Source: a virus. From it: a stretch of DNA of 64,000 bases. The stretch covers positions 17,730 to 81,729 of IMG/VR virus record IMGVR_UViG_3300028392_000054; one strand, 5' to 3'. Below the pieces are notes generated by a model. That model was given only the letters and a program-made list of their open reading frames with translations, was not told where the DNA came from and ran no database searches. Positions 8,563-16,941 of the stretch are shown here, one piece after another. The position numbers were made by a program, and so were the translations under genes. Every line of letters starts with the position of its first letter. The stretch's first letter is position 1.

Positions 8563-10541
8563 TTTGCTTCTCCCCACTTATCAACAATTTTAATATCAGC
8601 AATTAATGGTACTTTTAACACTTGAATATCCTCCATAGCCTCACGCAGCTTTTCTGCTGTTTCTTCTGCCAGTTCTGCTGGTGTAGTAACTACCAATTCA
8701 TCGTGAACAGTAAGTATTATCTTAGCCTCTTTTGGAATCATTGTCCAAGCACGTACCATGGCGATTTTAATAATATCTGCGGCACTACCTTGAATCTTTG
8801 TGTTAAACGCTTGACGCTCAGCTCCTGCACGAAGTCCATTATCTCTTGACATAATTTCAGGAAGATAGCGACGGCGTCCCGTAATAGTTTTGATATGTGC
8901 AACTGGTTTACCTGCACGAGTGGCTGAAATAACTTTGGAACGATAAGCAGAAATAGCAGGGAACTCTTTAGCAAACCTATCTAATAAGTCTTTAGCTTCA
9001 GTTTTAGAACAACCAATAGATGCGGCAATCTTATCTGGACCAACACCATATGCCATAGCTAACACAAGTACTTTACCCGCTTTACGGTCTACGCCCATAG
9101 TGTCACCAATAGTGGTATAGATATCTTTACCCTCTAGATAGTTGTCCATCATAATCGGATCTTCCGAGAAAGACGCAATAACACGCGGCTCAATCTGTGA
9201 GTAGTCAGCCACAACTAATACTTGGCCCGGAGGTGCTGTAAACAAATTACGAATAGCTTTACCGTGTGCGGTATGAGGTGCTGGTACGTTCTGTAAGTTA
9301 GGGTTACGGCTTGAAAAACGGCCTGTCTCAGCTCCGTGCTGTACAAAGTCACCGTGTAATCGCCCGTTAATTAAAAGGCTTTCCTTGGTCTCTGTACGAG
9401 TTTTTCCAGAAGTTGTGCGTTCAATATCTCCGCCTAAATATGGAATTACGTAAGTTGAAAGAAGCTTATTATAGTCAGCGTATTCCAACATAGCTGTGAC
9501 TAGTGGGTCTTTATCACGGTAAGGTTCTAGTGCCTCGGCTGATACTGAGTAATCTGACTGTGATAGGTCTGCGCCTTCTTTGTCTTTTTGACTACCTTTA
9601 GTCGTAAGAACTTTAGGCTTTAGCCCTCGTCCGCCGTCTTCTTTAGCGCCATACAGTAATACTTGTTTTTCTTGATTAGAATTAATATTAAACTCGCGAC
9701 CGGCAGCTTTATAGATATTGGCTCGTGCCTCATCTACTTTAGCTTCTAAATCAATCTTTAATTGTTCTAGGGATACCGTATCAATAACTGCACCAGTTAA
9801 TTTCATGTCGCATAAAACACGCAATACATCCATTTCTAATGCAAATACTCGGTTAAGGTCTGCGGCGTCTAATTTAGGTACAAGCGACTTCCACAATAAA
9901 AAAGTGTACTTAGAGTCTAGATAAGCATATTTAGCTACAGTATTAAAGTCATAAACTTCAACTTCTTTACCAACACCTTTTTCCATCTCATACCCAAACT
10001 CGCGCTTAAGGCAGTCAGCAAGACCACACTTATTTTTATTGCGGTTGTCTGAGATAAATGAAGCAATCATAGTGTCGAAGTAAGGGCCGGCAGGAACGCG
10101 GCCACCGTAATACTTTGCAACTGATGTAAGGTCAAAAACTAAGTTATGGCCAATAGTAAGGACATCTGGGCTAAACATCAATGGCTCTAATGCCTTAAAC
10201 ACCTCAGCTGGATACAGCTGTTCTGGTGCGGGACCAAAAACTTTAGTGGCTTTCTTCGAGTCACGGCTGTAGTCGCTAGGTCTAAGGGTTAGCCCCTTTT
10301 CTTTGCGAACTTCGCCCTGACCGGTGAGCGGAAAAACTTCTTCAATAAAGTCGCCGTGTGGGTGGCCCATAGGGATGACGTCACAGCGTCCGTTAGTTGC
10401 AAATGTAATCCATAAGACTTCATTTACAGGAGTCATGCCTCGGCGTGGGCCTACGGTTTCAACGTCAAAGGCAAAGGCATCTTGAGTTAGGTAGTAATCT
10501 ACCATCTCGGCAAGTTGTTCGGCAGTAGTAATAATATTCAT
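8559..10541 (-). CDS. polA: family A DNA polymerase with 3'-5' exonuclease and no 5'-3' exonuclease domain
   Basis: ExoI FDVET, HNLVFD, TGRFSSRNPNLQNVP, motif A ADYSQIEPR, motif B RKAGKVLVLAMAYG, motif C VHDELV. Confidence 0.95.
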   Translation of the reverse strand: MNIITTAEQLAEMVDYYLTQDAFAFDVETVGPRRGMTPVNEVLWITFATNGRCDVIPMGHPHGDFIEEVFPLTGQGEVRKEKGLTLRPSDYSRDSKKATKVFGPAPEQLYPAEVFKALEPLMFSPDVLTIGHNLVFDLTSVAKYYGGRVPAGPYFDTMIASFISDNRNKNKCGLADCLKREFGYEMEKGVGKEVEVYDFNTVAKYAYLDSKYTFLLWKSLVPKLDAADLNRVFALEMDVLRVLCDMKLTGAVIDTVSLEQLKIDLEAKVDEARANIYKAAGREFNINSNQEKQVLLYGAKEDGGRGLKPKVLTTKGSQKDKEGADLSQSDYSVSAEALEPYRDKDPLVTAMLEYADYNKLLSTYVIPYLGGDIERTTSGKTRTETKESLLINGRLHGDFVQHGAETGRFSSRNPNLQNVPAPHTAHGKAIRNLFTAPPGQVLVVADYSQIEPRVIASFSEDPIMMDNYLEGKDIYTTIGDTMGVDRKAGKVLVLAMAYGVGPDKIAASIGCSKTEAKDLLDRFAKEFPAISAYRSKVISATRAGKPVAHIKTITGRRRYLPEIMSRDNGLRAGAERQAFNTKIQGSAADIIKIAMVRAWTMIPKEAKIILTVHDELVVTTPAELAEETAEKLREAMEDIQVLKVPLIADIKIVDKWGEAK

Positions 10542-10550
10542 AATATCTCC

Positions 10551-10591
10551 ACAATAGCGTAATAGGCGGGGATGTCAAGTCCCCGCCTATT
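10551..10591 (-). promoter_or_regulatory. terminator-like hairpin with a TTGACA -35 box in its loop; -10 TATTGT
   Basis: AATAGGCGGGGA-CTTGACA-TCCCCGCCTATT (10591-10561); TATTGT 16 bp downstream of TTGACA. Confidence 0.65.
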
Positions 10592-10601
10592 GCTATTGAA
10601 T

Positions 10602-11261
10602 CTAGATTAGCGAATCCGCGATTTCATCGAGCTCTTCAAAGGAGTGCTCTTTGATTAGTCCGCGGGTGTAAACCTCTGAAGCACTGACAACTTTAGATGC
10701 AGCATCTGCATCTAGTTTCCAGTCTTCCTCTAGGTCGCGTTCCTTGATTGGAGATACGGTGTAAGAAGTCGATGGACCCTTACCGATACGCACAATCGCC
10801 CAGTATCCCTTTGTAAGAGGACCCTGTGGTGAGTAGTGAGCTGCGTGCAAAGCCTGATATAGGCGTGCACCTGAAATTAGCATCTGACGCTGCATTCCAA
10901 TTGGTGAGTTTAATGACACAACTGTAAAAGCGCGCTTGTTCTCCGGGCGGTCCTGGAGCTTGACGCAAAGTGGGCAATTAGCACCAATACAGACATACGA
11001 GCGCTTACCGCTTGTCTTCTGCTTTAGGAAGTGCTGCTTGTAAATAGCAAACGGGCCGTTCTCGTCAAGAAACTTGAAGACCTGGTGCTGGTTTTCCTCA
11101 AACTTAACTTCCGTTGGAAATTCGCTTGAGACTGCAAGGCTTTCGGCAGCATCCCAACCAGACTGAACTGATGTAGATGTTGCTGTGGCCTGTGATGGGC
11201 GGGCGTCGATGTCGTCGGCAAGGTAGCTAGCGGCATCTGGGGCATTATTGTTTAGGGGCAT
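10602..11261 (-). CDS. single-stranded DNA-binding protein (gp32-like, Zn-binding)
   Basis: YVCIGANCPLC, RIGKGPSTSYTV; adjacent to the polymerase. Confidence 0.7.
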   Translation of the reverse strand: MPLNNNAPDAASYLADDIDARPSQATATSTSVQSGWDAAESLAVSSEFPTEVKFEENQHQVFKFLDENGPFAIYKQHFLKQKTSGKRSYVCIGANCPLCVKLQDRPENKRAFTVVSLNSPIGMQRQMLISGARLYQALHAAHYSPQGPLTKGYWAIVRIGKGPSTSYTVSPIKERDLEEDWKLDADAASKVVSASEVYTRGLIKEHSFEELDEIADSLI

Positions 11262-11268
11262 GTTTTCC

Positions 11269-11739
11269 TTAGTTGATTATTTTGTTTTCTTCTGCGCGGA
11301 TTGATTCCCACGCCTCGGCTATCCTACTAGTAAGATTCCGGTGTATATTCCAGTCTATACGATCTGTGCCCAAAAGTCCAGCTTTTGCAAACAATTCAAC
11401 TGTAATTTTTACCATTGCCTTACTATAAAGACGCCTTCCCTCATGCATCTTACCGTTCTTATCGGGTTTAGCCGGTAAGCGATAAGGTGACTGAGGAAGC
11501 TTTCCTCTATCCATCCATTGCCTAAGCGTAGGGATGGTTTTATTTAATGCTTTGGCTAATGAGCCTAACATATAAACTTCAATTTCTCTACCATTTGGTA
11601 AAGTTTTTAACACAAAATCTTTTTCCCAGTCTGTATCTAATGCAGGCATTTCTGGGGCCTCTTTACGCTTACGTTTACTGCCGGGATAATAAACATCAAG
11701 CTCGCCAAACATATCGTCAATAAAATCTTTTTCACTCAT
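11269..11739 (-). CDS. MerR-like helix-turn-helix DNA-binding protein
   Basis: YMLGSLAKALNKTIPTLRQWMDRGKLP...RRLYS. Confidence 0.75.
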   Translation of the reverse strand: MSEKDFIDDMFGELDVYYPGSKRKRKEAPEMPALDTDWEKDFVLKTLPNGREIEVYMLGSLAKALNKTIPTLRQWMDRGKLPQSPYRLPAKPDKNGKMHEGRRLYSKAMVKITVELFAKAGLLGTDRIDWNIHRNLTSRIAEAWESIRAEENKIIN

Positions 11740-11912
11740 TAGTCGTGAACCTCACAGTGCAAAATAGCTTCATTCTCAGTTGTATATAAATCCCAACATG
11801 ATTTAGGTTTATCTTCTTTAATTAAAAAATAGCCGTATAGTAAAGAACCAAGCATAGCTAAAATTATTCCCGCAATTGCAATAATTTCTTTTTTAGTTAT
11901 GCGTTGATTCAT
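11739..11912 (-). CDS. small membrane protein
   Basis: hand-translated 57 aa MNQRITKKEIIAIAGIILAMLGSLLYGYFL...; AAGGAG RBS, coupled at both ends. Confidence 0.65.
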   Translation of the reverse strand: MNQRITKKEIIAIAGIILAMLGSLLYGYFLIKEDKPKSCWDLYTTENEAILHCEVHD

Positions 11913-12394
11913 GAGTTAACTCCTTTAAAAATTACTATAGCACTTGGAAAAGGTGCTGAACTATTTTTTACAAACCCTGGTTGTTCAAACTTTAGTCTGC
12001 CTTTTAAAAACCTTATCTCACCTTTAATAGCATAATCATGCCACCAAGCGGTATCGGTTCTAGCGGGTACTAAACAAACTACAGTAGCACCTTTTTGAGA
12101 TTCTTCAAATGCTTTTTTCATCCATTGCCCAATAGTACGACCATAAGGCGGGTTCATCCATACGATGCCCGCCCAGTCCTGCACTAGCGCATCAATTTTT
12201 TCATTAAAATAAACATTTACTTTAAAGTTGTGTGCGCTAGCACAGGCATCCAGGGTAAAACTAAATTCATCGTTTAACTCGTCAAACAATGCTTGAGGCG
12301 TACCCCAATCATCAGTTGCACTAGAGTATAAACCAGAATTTATTTGGCTAATTGGTTTCTCCCTTGATAAGAGCAATAACTTCATCCACTGCAT
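11909..12394 (-). CDS. phage N6-adenine DNA methyltransferase (Dam-like); start uncertain
   Basis: DWGTPQ..F..L..EF.FTLDACA, WMNPPY, LVPARTDTAWW, GRLKF, APFPS. Confidence 0.9.
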   Translation of the reverse strand: MQWMKLLLLSREKPISQINSGLYSSATDDWGTPQALFDELNDEFSFTLDACASAHNFKVNVYFNEKIDALVQDWAGIVWMNPPYGRTIGQWMKKAFEESQKGATVVCLVPARTDTAWWHDYAIKGEIRFLKGRLKFEQPGFVKNSSAPFPSAIVIFKGVNS

Positions 12395-12584
12395 CTAAAA
12401 AGATTTGGTCAAAGTTGTGTTGATTTTCTAGCAGCTTAACGATGCGCTCACGTTCTGCAAAAGCACCTTCTTCTTGACCTATAGCAAGTCCTTCGGCGCG
12501 GCCTCTGTTAAACCCGTGCATAAAGTCTTTAATTTCGTCAGGAAGTTCGTGTAGTTCTGCGTCTAAATCTGACATGCGTCCCAT
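12348..12584 (-). CDS. hypothetical protein
   Basis: ORF track; start moved to MGRMSD (TAATG coupling). Confidence 0.6.
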   Translation of the reverse strand: MGRMSDLDAELHELPDEIKDFMHGFNRGRAEGLAIGQEEGAFAERERIVKLLENQHNFDQIFLDAVDEVIALIKGETN

Positions 12585-13021
12585 TAGTTTTTCTCCAATA
12601 TTAGTGCCCATGTAACCTTTTCAGGAAACATAGTTTCAATGTCTTCGTCGGTTAGCTTACCATCATAGTATGCAGCCATGACAGCATCTTGGTCAAGTAC
12701 GGTAATTGTTTTAGTTACTGAATCAAACAAACCTTTTTCCTTTAATAAGTTATCGGCCTTGTCTTCATCAAACACTTTAGAAACACGGCGTTGTTTTATT
12801 ACGCTACCCGTGTTGCTGACATGATCGTTAATAGGAAGTACTAGGCTTCCCTTTTCGTTAGTCTCTCCGATTTCTTCAATAACAGCAAGAATACGTTTTC
12901 TGAGAGTGCCCACGCGGGCTTCAATAGCAGTAACTTCTTCCTTTAGGAATACGTACTGCTGAACTTCTTTACGGATTTCTTCCAAACTTGGGTCTGGAAT
13001 TGAATCATTATTAATTGGCAT
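12584..13021 (-). CDS. hypothetical coiled-coil phage protein
   Basis: 145-aa ORF with GAGG RBS. Confidence 0.7.
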   Translation of the reverse strand: MPINNDSIPDPSLEEIRKEVQQYVFLKEEVTAIEARVGTLRKRILAVIEEIGETNEKGSLVLPINDHVSNTGSVIKQRRVSKVFDEDKADNLLKEKGLFDSVTKTITVLDQDAVMAAYYDGKLTDEDIETMFPEKVTWALILEKN

Positions 13022-13072
13022 TTATACCTCTTAGTCTAACCCCCGTGGGGGATGCTATGTCTTAGCTGTATA

Positions 13073-13102
13073 AATCTAAACCCTACTCAGCGACTTTGTC
13101 AA
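13073..13102 (-). promoter_or_regulatory. sigma70/SigA-type promoter for the methylase-SSB-polA operon
   Basis: TTGACA (13102-13097), 18 bp, TAGATT (13078-13073). Confidence 0.6.
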
Positions 13103-13247
13103 GTCCTTCAGCAATAAATTTTTCCATAGCTTCTAGAAGAATGCTAGTAACGGTTACACCCTGCTTAGCGGCTTCTTTTTGTACGGCTAGCCATAGGGCG
13201 TCAGGCACACGGATAGTGCGTGTTGGGGTTTTAGGTGCGTTAGGCAT
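13083..13247 (-). CDS. ribbon-helix-helix (CopG/Arc-like) DNA-binding protein
   Basis: hand-translated 54 aa MPNAPKTPTRTIRVPDALWLAVQKEAAKQGVTVTSILLEAMEKFI...; TAAACT-N6-ATG leaderless start. Confidence 0.75.
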   Translation of the reverse strand: MPNAPKTPTRTIRVPDALWLAVQKEAAKQGVTVTSILLEAMEKFIAEGLDKVAE

Positions 13248-13269
13248 ACCTATAGTTTACCATAAAAAG

Positions 13270-13340
13270 CTGGTTCTGTAGGAGTCGAACCTACGCCTGC
13301 GGTGTTGGAGACCGCCGTGCTACCGTAACACTTAGAACCA
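13270..13340 (-). tRNA. tRNA-Trp (CCA)
   Basis: acceptor TGGTTCT/AGAACCA, anticodon arm GCGGT-CTCCAAC-ACCGC, T arm GTAGG-TTCGACT-CCTAC; no encoded CCA end. Confidence 0.92.
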
Positions 13341-13353
13341 TAGCCATCATAGT

Positions 13354-13905
13354 TTACTTGATATCAATGACTTTTGGCTTCTTTTCATCAGGGATATTCT
13401 TAAACAACTTGACTGACAAAAGCCCGTTTTCTACCTTGGCTGATTCTACTTCGTAAAATTCAGCAAGGGCAAAAGTGAGCTTAAAATCGCGTCCAGCGAT
13501 ACCGTTGTGAACGAGTTCGCCTTCTTGTTCTTTGTCTTTCTTTTTACCTTCAATTTTCAACGCCTGTTCTTCTACTGTGATTGATAGTTCTTTCTTATCG
13601 AAACCAGCAACAGCTACATTGATGACTGTGGTATCGTCTTTGTGGTCAATAATGTCATAAGGCGGATAACTTGCCTTAGCATTTGACAACTCTTTAAGCT
13701 GCTCTAGCAGCGGGGACCAGCCAATAGACCAGCGGTCTAGGCTTGGAAATAGGTCATTGATGGTAATAACCTTTGGGGCAGGCGGTTTCTGCCATTTCTT
13801 ATAAATATCCGCAGGGTCATGCGGATTTGGAATTGCTTTACCATATGGGTCATATGGATTGTTGTGTTTATCCCACGGGTCTGGGAATTGATCACGTATT
13901 TTCAT
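13354..13905 (-). CDS. small heat shock protein (Hsp20/alpha-crystallin)
   Basis: SYPPYDI, VAVAGFDKKEL, HNGIAGRDFKLTF.L, AKVENGLLSV.L, PKVIDIK. Confidence 0.93.
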   Translation of the reverse strand: MKIRDQFPDPWDKHNNPYDPYGKAIPNPHDPADIYKKWQKPPAPKVITINDLFPSLDRWSIGWSPLLEQLKELSNAKASYPPYDIIDHKDDTTVINVAVAGFDKKELSITVEEQALKIEGKKKDKEQEGELVHNGIAGRDFKLTFALAEFYEVESAKVENGLLSVKLFKNIPDEKKPKVIDIK

Positions 13906-14025
13906 GTTGTCTCCTTAGACGACAACTGTGCCTTGGTACATTTACTGCCCGTAGCACAGTATTTATTTACGGTACCCAATTGGCGTACCTATATAGATTT
14001 TAACAGAATCTATACAAGTTGTCTA
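13906..14025 (-). promoter_or_regulatory. hsp20 promoter and structured 5' UTR (candidate RNA thermometer)
   Basis: TAGACA-17-TAAAAT; three hairpins, the last (GTTGTC/GACAAC) enclosing AAGGAG next to the ATG. Confidence 0.55.
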
Positions 14026-14039
14026 TACATGTATATAGG

Positions 14040-14282
14040 TTATTTTTTAGGAAAACATTTAGGACATAATTGGTTATCTAAACCTGGCCCTACTACAGCA
14101 GCTGCTTTGTCACGAGTCAATTTACCGCCAGGATGGGAATATTTGGTGGGTTCGTGTACATCACCTAATTTAGTACATTTAGTAGAGGTATCTCCAGTGA
14201 CTAGGTGTAAAGACCTTCCTCTACCCATAGGCGCTATACCAAAAGTTTCTCCACCGTGAAAATCTGCATTATTTCTAGTCAT
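14040..14282 (-). CDS. hypothetical protein (H-x8-C ... CxxC, possibly Zn-binding)
   Basis: 80-aa ORF; TGATAAAAT-N6-ATG leaderless start. Confidence 0.6.
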   Translation of the reverse strand: MTRNNADFHGGETFGIAPMGRGRSLHLVTGDTSTKCTKLGDVHEPTKYSHPGGKLTRDKAAAVVGPGLDNQLCPKCFPKK

Positions 14283-14303
14283 GTGAATATTTTATCAGTT
14301 TAG

Positions 14304-14376
14304 AGCCCCCAACAGGACTTGAACCCGTCACCTACGCATTACAAGTGCGTCGCTCTACCAGATGAGCTATAGGGGC
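14304..14376 (-). tRNA. tRNA-Thr (TGT)
   Basis: acceptor GCCCCTA/TGGGGGC, D arm GCTC/GAGC, anticodon arm ACGCA-CTTGTAA-TGCGT, T arm ACGGG-TTCAAGT-CCTGT. Confidence 0.93.
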
Positions 14377-14413
14377 AAAGTGGGCCGGAGAGTGAGAGGC
14401 ACATCCGGCCCAC
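14377..14413 (-). terminator. terminator or processing hairpin between nlpC and tRNA-Thr
   Basis: GTGGGCCGGA / TCCGGCCCAC 10-bp stem, CU-rich loop, short TTT. Confidence 0.55.
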
Positions 14414-14420
14414 AATTAGT

Positions 14421-14948
14421 TTACAGTGTTTTTACTATACGGACAAATCGGATTTGCCCGCTTTTGTAATCTGTAAGCGGTTGAATTATCGTGGCATGAG
14501 CTCCACGATGTGCATTAATTATTTTTCCATTTCCAATGTAAATGGCGGCGTGATAGAAGTCTGTGCTGCCATTGTAGGCAAACAAGACAATGTCTCCAAG
14601 CTTTGGCTTTGAGACTCTAGTTCCAATATGCCCTTGGGCATTTGCCGAGTGCGGTAGTTCTATACCGAATCGTTCATAGGCCCAGCGTACTAGACCTGAA
14701 CAGTCCCATCCACGGGGACTGGCACCTGAAAACACATAAGATGTGCGTCCTACGCGAGTTTTCAGATACTTAACTACATTCCTCATTTGAGCAGTATTGC
14801 GGTGTGCTTTAGCTGTCTCAATTAAGGTTAATGGTTTAACTTGGTGTTGCTTTGTTTCTTGTGTAATTTGAGCTACAGCTGTTGCTGTAGAGGCGGAACA
14901 ACCAGCAAGTGTTACAAGTATGCTGGCTATAATTACGTACTTTTTCAT
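14421..14948 (-). CDS. NlpC/P60 (C40) peptidoglycan endopeptidase, predicted lipoprotein
   Basis: YVFSG..P.GWDCSGLV, GDIVLF, HAAIYIGNGKIINA; lipobox LAGC. Confidence 0.92.
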   Translation of the reverse strand: MKKYVIIASILVTLAGCSASTATAVAQITQETKQHQVKPLTLIETAKAHRNTAQMRNVVKYLKTRVGRTSYVFSGASPRGWDCSGLVRWAYERFGIELPHSANAQGHIGTRVSKPKLGDIVLFAYNGSTDFYHAAIYIGNGKIINAHRGAHATIIQPLTDYKSGQIRFVRIVKTL

Positions 14949-15194
14949 TTGGCGACCTTACCTTTCATTGCTTTAGTACTGGGGTCGTTTATTGTCGAAG
15001 TGACACTATATTCAGTTATAGGTAAGACCATAGCATAGAAATACGGAGCCAAACAACGTTTAGCCAAAAAAACACACCTGGCTAGTAGATAATGGAATTG
15101 ACCCTATTTGTCAAATTAATCGCGCAGTTACCTGCTTAAAACACGCGTTTCTATACCTAAACTCCCCTATAAATCTTTAGTTTAGAAAATTATT

Positions 15195-15491
15195 ATGAAA
15201 CTTTTTGGCAATGTAATGTTGCGTGTACTTGCAACATTTGTCGCCTCAGCACTGGGCGTAATCGGTGCGGGTACAGTCGCCGGCTCTATGAGCGGTATCC
15301 AAATTCCTATTTGGTTTAGCGCTGTAATGGGCGGTGTAATGGCCGTAGCTAAAGTAGTTGAACTGCTTGCTTTGGCTTTCTTAGAAGATGGAAAGCTTAC
15401 CCTAAATGAAATTAATGCTGCTTTCCAGCAAACCGTATCTTTAAAAAATGTCGAAAATGAAAAGGAAAAAACCAATGAAAAAAATGCGTAA
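15195..15491 (+). CDS. holin-like membrane protein
   Basis: two hydrophobic segments, DGKLTLNEINAAF, charged tail; first gene of the plus-strand island. Confidence 0.6.
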   Translation: MKLFGNVMLRVLATFVASALGVIGAGTVAGSMSGIQIPIWFSAVMGGVMAVAKVVELLALAFLEDGKLTLNEINAAFQQTVSLKNVENEKEKTNEKNA

Positions 15492-16941
15492 GTTCTCTAC
15501 TTTATTTGTAGCCGCAACTTCACTATTTCTTATGTTTGGGTTGTCTAGCCCCGCTATGGCTGATAGCACAACTGACTATAACCAAAAAGTTGCTGAGGCA
15601 CAGGCAAAGGTACAAGACCTTCAGAATCAGTTATCCAACGCACAAGCTAACCTTGATAGTTGGACTAACTCGTCTAACTCTCAGGCTGACCTTATTAACT
15701 CTGCCCAGACTGCCGCTACTGAAGCAAAAGATGCTTTAGAGGCTGCTGTGTCCGATTACAACAGTAAAAAGTCTGACTATGATGTGGCTTTTGCTGATGT
15801 TCAGGCTGCTGAAGTAGTAGTCGCTCAGGCAGTGGCCGCAGTAAATGCTGCTGCTGATGTAGTGGACTCTACCTATAATTCTTACGCAGTAACCCAGCAG
15901 AACGCTGATAACGCTCAGGCTGTTATGAATCAAGCACAAAATGATTATGACACCAAGTTAATTACCGAGGGTGGTAGCGTTAAAAATGCCGCTGGTTTGG
16001 TTGTTGATGTTTACACAGGCATTAACCGTTACGGAAACCCTCCACAAAAATCAGACACTGCTTACACCAAATGTAAGACAACTACTGTAGCCAACATTGA
16101 CGCCAACTGGGGTGGCGGTGACATTCTAGGTTGTGGTTCTGATTACATCATGCTTCACTACAAGGGTTACATTACCTACCCAACAACAACTAAAGTTTAC
16201 TTCCAGGCCCCTGCTGATGATGGTTTCTATATGCAAATTGGCGGAACTCAGGTAATCAACGACTGGTCGCTAAAAGGCTGTGGAGCAAACTCTACAGGCA
16301 TGTTCTCCTTTACAGGTGGAAAGTCTTACGCTATTGACGCTTGGTTCTATGAGTGGGGTGGCGGTGCTTGTTCTAGTTTAAACTACAAACCTCTAGGCGG
16401 TAGTTCTTATGCAGTAGCCCCAGCGTCATTCTTCACACAGGGCGCAGTAGCCAACTTGGTTAAAAACCCAGCACTGCTTGCTGTACTAAACGCTAAGACC
16501 GCTCTTTATGTTCAGGCAGTAGCCGCTGAAGAGCAGGCAAATGTGGTTTACAGCAATGCTTGTGATGATTATGACGGCAAACAAGCAGCCTATGGATACG
16601 CTGGAAGTTCGTTAGCAAATAAGCACACTATTTTAGTTCCACTAGAGTACGTCATGAGTAACGCCGAATCTAACTGGCAAAACAGAAGTGATGACAAAGT
16701 AGTCGCTGATGCCAACTTGCGTGACCTAAAAGCCGAGTACAGTAGCACATTTGCTGCTATTGAGTCTGCGGTACAACAGGTAGACGACCTAGAAGCCAAA
16801 GTTGTTCAAGCAAAAGTAGACCTAGCAAACATTCCAAAGCCTACTGCTGCTGATAAGCGTAAACCAAAAAAGAATAACCCAAAGTATTTTGCTGATGGTG
16901 CGTACCTTCCTAGGCAAGCGTTTGTAATCAATTTAAAATAA
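15475..16941 (+). CDS. secreted coiled-coil protein with a central PA14 carbohydrate-binding domain
   Basis: signal peptide ending PAMA-D; heptad Ala/Gln regions flank IDANWGGG...YKGYI...ADDGF.MQIGG..VINDW...WFYEWGGGA. Confidence 0.8.
   Translation: MKKMRKFSTLFVAATSLFLMFGLSSPAMADSTTDYNQKVAEAQAKVQDLQNQLSNAQANLDSWTNSSNSQADLINSAQTAATEAKDALEAAVSDYNSKKSDYDVAFADVQAAEVVVAQAVAAVNAAADVVDSTYNSYAVTQQNADNAQAVMNQAQNDYDTKLITEGGSVKNAAGLVVDVYTGINRYGNPPQKSDTAYTKCKTTTVANIDANWGGGDILGCGSDYIMLHYKGYITYPTTTKVYFQAPADDGFYMQIGGTQVINDWSLKGCGANSTGMFSFTGGKSYAIDAWFYEWGGGACSSLNYKPLGGSSYAVAPASFFTQGAVANLVKNPALLAVLNAKTALYVQAVAAEEQANVVYSNACDDYDGKQAAYGYAGSSLANKHTILVPLEYVMSNAESNWQNRSDDKVVADANLRDLKAEYSSTFAAIESAVQQVDDLEAKVVQAKVDLANIPKPTAADKRKPKKNNPKYFADGAYLPRQAFVINLK

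Noticed and set aside
13270-13340. Genetic code reassignment implied by the phage tRNA-Trp
   Set aside because: The anticodon is standard CCA, all three stop codons end genes normally and core genes are uninterrupted.
14949-15020. c-di-AMP (ydaO) riboswitch
   Set aside because: Too short and lacks the paired conserved GA-rich/GGGG elements; kept only as an unclassified leader.
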